NCBI GenBank assembly: GCA_965140585.1
Contig: OZ223268.1
Coordinates: forward strand, 64,001-128,000
Length of the DNA stretch: 64,000 nucleotides
Direction of reading: 5' to 3'
Source: Spirochaetia bacterium
GTDB lineage: Bacteria; Spirochaetota; Spirochaetia; UBA9216
Each line of letters opens with the position of its first letter. Position 1 is the first letter of the stretch. The translations under genes and the position numbers were made by a program. Of the stretch, positions 58,668-64,000 are shown one piece after another. The notes below the pieces were generated by a model that saw only the letters and a list, made by a program, of their open reading frames with translations, was not told where the DNA came from and did not search any database.

Positions 58668-60260
58668 TTATCTGCCTATACCGGCAAAGCACTTGTCTAC
58701 TATTTCAGGATCTTCCACTTTTGTACATAGGCTAACAGCAATTGTTACTATGATGGATACCGGAAGACCGAATACCAGCGGATCAACAAAATCCCAGATT
58801 CCGCCCAGAAGCGTCACCTTTCCGGTAAGAGCCTCGCAAATACCGAAGACCGCAGCCTCTTTTGCGTGCAGAAAAAGATAGGCAAAAATCTGTACACCAA
58901 GACCGGATACAATTCCGGCGATTGCCCCCCGGCGTGTAAGCCGTTTCCAGAAAAGCGAGGCTGTGTAGGGAGCCAGAAAGCCGGAAGCCATTATACCGAA
59001 AAAGATAGCCGTTGCACGGGCAATAATTCCGGGCCCCAGTCTCAGAGAGAGAAGGACAGTAAAAATAATTGATAAAACCATTCCGACACGGGTTATAAGC
59101 ACTCCCCCTGCCTTGGTTTTTCCCTTCATGATTCCGTATTCAAGGACATCGCGGCCGACAGCTGTGCCGACGGTGTGAAACAGAGAGCTGAGTGTGGACA
59201 TTGCTGCCGAGATAATCACCAGCATGAACAGGTATGCAAACCAGGTCGGCATAACATCTGAAATAAGCAGCGGCATTACGCTGTCCGGATTACCTCCGGC
59301 AGCCTGAATTGCAAGCTGTCCTGAAGTCTTCATAAAATACACATTGGATAAAGGCCCTACAACATAGGTTGTTCCCACGCAAACCAGAATAAACAGTCCT
59401 CCTATCAGGACCGCCCGGTGAATTTCCTTATCGCTTTTTACAGTCATATACCTTACAGCAAGCTGCGGCTGGGCTAAAACACCTATTCCGACACCGAAAA
59501 CCAGTGAAGAGTAGATTACCCACCACAGGGGACTGCCTGAGGCAGGAGATTTTGTCCAGCCCTGATGTCCGATAGCCCTCAGATTTTCAGGTACCATATC
59601 CGCCATGGCAGTCAGGGCGGAATGTGCCTCAACGATTCCGCCGAGTTTGTAGTAGATAAAAATCAGCAGAAACAGCATGCCTCCAAGCATTAAAGTGCCC
59701 TGAAAGGCATCGGCATACATGACGCTTTTTATACCGCCCATAATTACATAGGCGGCCACTACAATAGTAAGAATCGTTACAGAATAGATAAAGGGTATTC
59801 CAAGAAGACCTTCCATTATACGGGCGGCGCCGATTAAAACGGCCGCTGTGTATATAGGCATAAAAATAAAAATAACAAGCCCGCCGAACCACTGAATAAA
59901 CGGAGATCCTACTCTTCTTGAAAGGAATTCGGGAAAGGTCTGAGCACCTATATTAAGCCCCATTCGCCTTGTACGCGTTCCGTAGACAATAAATGCCAGA
60001 AAAATACCGACTATAATATTGCAGGCGGCAAGCCAGAGAAGACTCATTCCATACATCGATGAAACCCCTCCGAATCCGACAATTGCAGATGTCGAAATAA
60101 AGGTAGCTCCGTAGGACATGGCCATTATATAGGGATGAACCGAGCGCCCCCCGACCAGGTAGTCAGCAGAGTTTCTGGTTTGACGGTAACCTGCCCAGCC
60201 CAGAGATGCGATGACAGCCAGATATATTATGATGATTACAATTAAAGGAAAAATATGCAT
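58668..60260 (-). CDS. sodium:solute symporter
   Basis: DYLVGGR, ATFISTSAIVG, SAAMSTLSS; about 13 TM segments. Confidence 0.93.
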   Translation of the reverse strand: MHIFPLIVIIIIYLAVIASLGWAGYRQTRNSADYLVGGRSVHPYIMAMSYGATFISTSAIVGFGGVSSMYGMSLLWLAACNIIVGIFLAFIVYGTRTRRMGLNIGAQTFPEFLSRRVGSPFIQWFGGLVIFIFMPIYTAAVLIGAARIMEGLLGIPFIYSVTILTIVVAAYVIMGGIKSVMYADAFQGTLMLGGMLFLLIFIYYKLGGIVEAHSALTAMADMVPENLRAIGHQGWTKSPASGSPLWWVIYSSLVFGVGIGVLAQPQLAVRYMTVKSDKEIHRAVLIGGLFILVCVGTTYVVGPLSNVYFMKTSGQLAIQAAGGNPDSVMPLLISDVMPTWFAYLFMLVIISAAMSTLSSLFHTVGTAVGRDVLEYGIMKGKTKAGGVLITRVGMVLSIIFTVLLSLRLGPGIIARATAIFFGIMASGFLAPYTASLFWKRLTRRGAIAGIVSGLGVQIFAYLFLHAKEAAVFGICEALTGKVTLLGGIWDFVDPLVFGLPVSIIVTIAVSLCTKVEDPEIVDKCFAGIGR

Positions 60261-60454
60261 CAGTCCATTTCTCCTGAAAGTTCTTTATCTACTTCGTATT
60301 TCTCGGCAAACCAGGCCCTTGCTTCATCCATTTCCTCAGTCGACACCTCGCCTCCAGAATTCCATTTCAGGAACCCGAAAACCGCACAGCCGGCTGCAGA
60401 AAATACTGTAAGGATAAAAGCAAGGAATACCGACAGATCAGGGATTCCAAGCAT
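60260..60454 (-). CDS. symporter small accessory membrane protein
   Basis: MLGIPD..V.LA....C.VFG..KWN pattern; overlaps the SSS start. Confidence 0.8.
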   Translation of the reverse strand: MLGIPDLSVFLAFILTVFSAAGCAVFGFLKWNSGGEVSTEEMDEARAWFAEKYEVDKELSGEMD

Positions 60455-60596
60455 TTTTGATTCTCCAGATTTTTATCTAAAATTATTTCACTGAGTTTAT
60501 CACTGATTTGATTTTTTTTGAAGCAAATTATTAATGAAAAAATAAGCGGAACCAATTCAAAAACCGGAACGGCATTTTGAATTGGTTTTTAAATAT

Positions 60597-60728
60597 TTAG
60601 AAATTATTCTGTTCGTCTTCCCGTACAGTTACAGGCGGAACTGTGCTTTCACGGCTCCAGTTGATAAGACCGTATGCAATGCAGCCAACGATCGAAAGAA
60701 ATAATAATGTGGAAGCGGCAACACCCAT
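60597..60728 (-). CDS. second symporter-accessory-like peptide (43 aa)
   Basis: aggag RBS; MGVAASTLLFLSIVGCIAYGLINWSRESTVPPVTVREDEQNNF shares GC.[AV][YF]G...W motif. Confidence 0.65.
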   Translation of the reverse strand: MGVAASTLLFLSIVGCIAYGLINWSRESTVPPVTVREDEQNNF

Positions 60729-60833
60729 AATGAAATCTCCTGTAATATTGTTATATTAATATCCTCGTCAGTATATCACATAACATTTAATTATCCAATT
60801 AATTGAATGTTAATTTTGTAAATAGCACATCAA

Positions 60834-61088
60834 TCAGCGTTCACCTGACCTTCTGCGTTCATGATCGGGTAAATTACTGTCTTCCATGCTGTTTTTTGAG
60901 CGTTTAATGGTTTTATACAGACCTTTCGCAATAAGAGCTTCATACGTACCCGCAGACATAAGGATATTTATATCATCCAGAAGCTCTGTATCTCCGGATG
61001 CATGAAGTTCATTCAGGGCATCCATCATTCTTTTGTTCGTAGCTGAGAAAACCCGTCTTGCATCAAGTGATTTATCCATCAGCCCCAT
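60834..61088 (-). CDS. hypothetical protein (84 aa)
   Basis: agggggt RBS; fills the gap after the aminotransferase. Confidence 0.6.
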   Translation of the reverse strand: MGLMDKSLDARRVFSATNKRMMDALNELHASGDTELLDDINILMSAGTYEALIAKGLYKTIKRSKNSMEDSNLPDHERRRSGER

Positions 61089-61133
61089 AACTACCCCCTT
61101 CTACCCATAAGGGACACGTCCTGACGGACATGA

Positions 61134-62312
61134 TTAGAACAGTTCGAAAGCCTTTCTGAATCCCGGCATTGATCCCTCTATTACCTTATCGGCAACACAG
61201 AAAGCAATCCTGAAATATCCCGGCGCAGCAAAGCCTTTACCCGGTACTACAAGTATACGCTCTTTCTGAAGAGTATCAACAAAGGCTGAATCATCTCCGC
61301 CGGGGGCTTTTGGAAAAAGATAGAATGTTCCGGCAGGCTTATGAAAGTCATAACCGATATCAGACAGCCCGTCACAGAGCATATCCCGCTTTCTTTTGTA
61401 CTCATTCATATCAACACTCTCGCCCTGCATCTCGCCGACAATCCGCTGCATTAGAGCCGGAGCATTAACAAAGCCGATAATTCTGTTGCACAGCGTTACT
61501 GCGTTTACAAGATTATTGTAGTCATCTGCGGCAGGATTAATTGCGGCATAACCTATACGTTCACCGGGAATGGAAAGATCCTTCGAATATGAAGTCACAA
61601 CAACAGTGTTTCTGTAGATCGGAAACATTGCAGGAACAACAGCTCCATCAAAAACTATCTTCCGGTACGGCTCATCACAGACAATATAGATTCTGCGACC
61701 GGTTTTTGCTGCAGACCGTTCAAGCATGGCCGCAAACTTCTTTAGATTTTCTTCAGAATAGATTGTACCTGTGGGATTATGGGGAGAATTAAGAATAACT
61801 GCAGCAACATCGGGTCCCATGGCCTTCTCAAAGGCATCAATATCAAGTTCAAAGCCCTCTGCCGGTTCAATTATTTCAAGCTTTCCGCCGTGATTGTCTG
61901 CATAAAACTTGTATTCCATAAAGCATGGAGCACTTACAAGAACACGATCGCCATAATTAATAATTGATTTCAGAACGGCATTCATAGCACCGCCCGCGCC
62001 GCTGGTCATAATAATTCCGGAAGCATCAACTGCCGTATTCTGCTCTTTGGATACCCATTCCGCTATTGATTTTCTTACATCGGGATAGCCTGCATTTGGC
62101 ATATATCCGTGTTTACCTGGAATCTCTGCATCAGCATATTTTTTCAGAATCTCTGCAAATTTTACCGGCGGTTCAATATTGGGGTTACCTATACTGAAAT
62201 CATATACATTGTCCTCACCATATTCAGCCTTAAGCTGTGTACCTGCCTCAAACATCTTCCTTACCAGTGAAGACCCTTTTAACATTTCAAGTATGTGTGC
62301 TGATACTGCCAT
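61134..62312 (-). CDS. PLP-dependent class I/II aminotransferase (aspartate/aromatic)
   Basis: NSPHNPTG, DEPY, SYSKDLSIPGERIGY. Confidence 0.93.
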   Translation of the reverse strand: MAVSAHILEMLKGSSLVRKMFEAGTQLKAEYGEDNVYDFSIGNPNIEPPVKFAEILKKYADAEIPGKHGYMPNAGYPDVRKSIAEWVSKEQNTAVDASGIIMTSGAGGAMNAVLKSIINYGDRVLVSAPCFMEYKFYADNHGGKLEIIEPAEGFELDIDAFEKAMGPDVAAVILNSPHNPTGTIYSEENLKKFAAMLERSAAKTGRRIYIVCDEPYRKIVFDGAVVPAMFPIYRNTVVVTSYSKDLSIPGERIGYAAINPAADDYNNLVNAVTLCNRIIGFVNAPALMQRIVGEMQGESVDMNEYKRKRDMLCDGLSDIGYDFHKPAGTFYLFPKAPGGDDSAFVDTLQKERILVVPGKGFAAPGYFRIAFCVADKVIEGSMPGFRKAFELF

Positions 62313-62434
62313 TCTTTATTCTCCCGATTCTTCAATAATATTGATGATAAAATACCGCAATCGGCTGGTTGTTGCAACTGGTATATTGACAGACTGACTC
62401 AATAGGCTTAAATTATACTAAAGAGGTTTAAGTA

Positions 62435-63013
62435 TTGATTAAGAAGAACGCAGAATTCGGCAACAAGCTCAGGCTTGTGCGTGAAAGGAAAAACATGACG
62501 CTCAAGGACGTAGCAGGACAGGCCGGAGTAAGTGAAAGCCTGGTCAGCCAGATAGAGCGCAACCGGGTTTCACCATCAATCGACACTCTGATTGCCATAG
62601 CAGATGTTCTTAACCTTGATCTGGAATACCTGTTCAGGGATCTCAAGAACAACAGTGCTGTTTCAATAGTTAAACCGCAGGACAGGAATGTCATGATAAT
62701 CAAGGGTGTTGAATACCAGCAGCTTTCCTTCATCCCGGACTCGGATATCAATCCATCGGTAGAAGCCTTTCTGCTTGATATACCTCCCGGAAAGGAAAAG
62801 GGTGATCTGGAGTTCGGACATCCGGGAAGAGAGATGGGAACAATAACCGAAGGCCGTGGTGAGCTTATATATGGAACATCGACATACCAGCTTGAAACAG
62901 GTGACACGGTATCATATTCATCAGACATTCCTCACATTATTAGAAACAACGGAAACGAGCCCCTCAAGGCGATGTGGATCATCACCCCGGGCCGTATATT
63001 TACGGAAAATTAA
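62435..63013 (+). CDS. XRE-family regulator with cupin domain
   Basis: TLKDVAGQAGVSESLVSQIER HTH; HPGRE and GDTVSY...PH cupin motifs. Confidence 0.92.
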   Translation: MIKKNAEFGNKLRLVRERKNMTLKDVAGQAGVSESLVSQIERNRVSPSIDTLIAIADVLNLDLEYLFRDLKNNSAVSIVKPQDRNVMIIKGVEYQQLSFIPDSDINPSVEAFLLDIPPGKEKGDLEFGHPGREMGTITEGRGELIYGTSTYQLETGDTVSYSSDIPHIIRNNGNEPLKAMWIITPGRIFTEN

Positions 63014-63028
63014 TTTAAGGAGCCGGAT

Positions 63029-64000
63029 ATGGGTAAAACAACAGCTGAAAAGATTTTTGACTCCCACAGGATAGACTCTCCGTCAGAAGGGATCGAGGTA
63101 ATTAAGCTCGACAGGGTTTTCTGCCACGAAATAACAACCCCTACTGCCATTGTCGATCTTATGGAAAGGGGTAAGGACAGGGTCTTTGATTCTTCAAAAA
63201 TCAAGGCGGTAATCGATCATGTAACGCCAGCAAAGGATTCTCTTACTGCAACACAGGGAAAGGTTCTAAGAGACTGGGCAAGACGTCACGATATCAAGGA
63301 TTTCTTTGATGTAGGAAGAAACGGTGTATGTCATGCTATATTCCCGGAAAAGGGATTTGTAAGACCGGGATTTACCATTATAATGGGCGATTCACACACC
63401 TGTACACACGGAGCCTTCGGAGCCTTTGCTGCAGGTGTAGGTACTACCGACCTTGAAGTTGGTATTCTCAAAGGGATATGCGCCTTCAAATCCCCGAAGA
63501 CCATGAAGATAAATGTAACAGGAAAACTGCCTGAAGGAGTTTACCCCAAGGACATAATCCTTAGCATTATCGGTAAAATCGGGACAGATGGGGCAACAAA
63601 CCATGTTGTAGAGTTTGCCGGACCAGTAATCGAGGAAATGAGCATGGAAGGCAGAATGACTGTCTGCAACATGGCTGTTGAAGCCGGTGCAACATGCGGC
63701 ATCTGCTACCCGGACAGCACAACGGTTGACTATCTCTGGCCCTTCATCAGCTCAGAATATGCAACAAAAGAGGAGGCACTCAAGGATTACTCACAGTGGC
63801 TGCCTGATTCCGATGCCGAATATGCCCAGGTAATTGAGCTTGATGCTGACAGCCTTAAGCCAGTTTCTACATTTGGATACAAGCCCGACCAGATAAAGAA
63901 TGTTGAAGATATGGGTGATGTTAAAGTTGACCAGGTTTACATCGGCTCCTGTACAAACGGAAGAATCGAAGATCTTCGTGCAGCTGCCGCCGTGCTCAGA
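63029..64000 (+). CDS. leuC: 3-isopropylmalate dehydratase large subunit (partial, runs off window)
   Basis: MGKTTAEKIF, CHEITTP, DHVTP, GVCH, GDSHTCTHGAFG, CNMAVEAG, IGSCTNGRIEDLR. Confidence 0.92.
   Translation, partial: MGKTTAEKIFDSHRIDSPSEGIEVIKLDRVFCHEITTPTAIVDLMERGKDRVFDSSKIKAVIDHVTPAKDSLTATQGKVLRDWARRHDIKDFFDVGRNGVCHAIFPEKGFVRPGFTIIMGDSHTCTHGAFGAFAAGVGTTDLEVGILKGICAFKSPKTMKINVTGKLPEGVYPKDIILSIIGKIGTDGATNHVVEFAGPVIEEMSMEGRMTVCNMAVEAGATCGICYPDSTTVDYLWPFISSEYATKEEALKDYSQWLPDSDAEYAQVIELDADSLKPVSTFGYKPDQIKNVEDMGDVKVDQVYIGSCTNGRIEDLRAAAAVLR

Overview
Bacterial chromosomal window, most consistent with a free-living anaerobic spirochaete (inferred from lipoprotein-rich gene content, a CPA2-PTS EIIA fusion, a PEGA/CsgG-like protein and an MCP). 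It has about 50 CDS and one tRNA-Pro(GGG). From left to right: pseudouridine catabolism (psuK-psuG) with a GH79 glycosidase and a diguanylate cyclase; a surface-lipoprotein region (InlB-B repeat/beta-propeller, a decayed LVIVD paralogue, RCC1, GLUG) interleaved with a two-component pair and carrying two distinct shared operator motifs; a short S1 paralogue with a DEAD-box helicase; assorted transporters; an AT-rich catabolic operon (SorC regulator, class I aldolase, Zn-dehydrogenase, APC permease, RibF-like kinase); a GxxExxY-nuclease cassette bounded by a 37-bp inverted repeat next to tRNA-Pro; ppk2; a DGC with a stand-alone MshEN-like protein; two radical SAM enzymes; an iorAB-paaK-SSS-aminotransferase cluster; and the 5' part of leuC. 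The top candidates for undescribed biology are (1) the repeat-bounded GxxExxY element, whose repeat family also marks the edge of the neighbouring catabolic island, (2) the RibF-containing aldolase/dehydrogenase/APC operon, and (3) a GNAT-membrane-effector fusion. All family calls come from motif recognition by eye; no searches were run.
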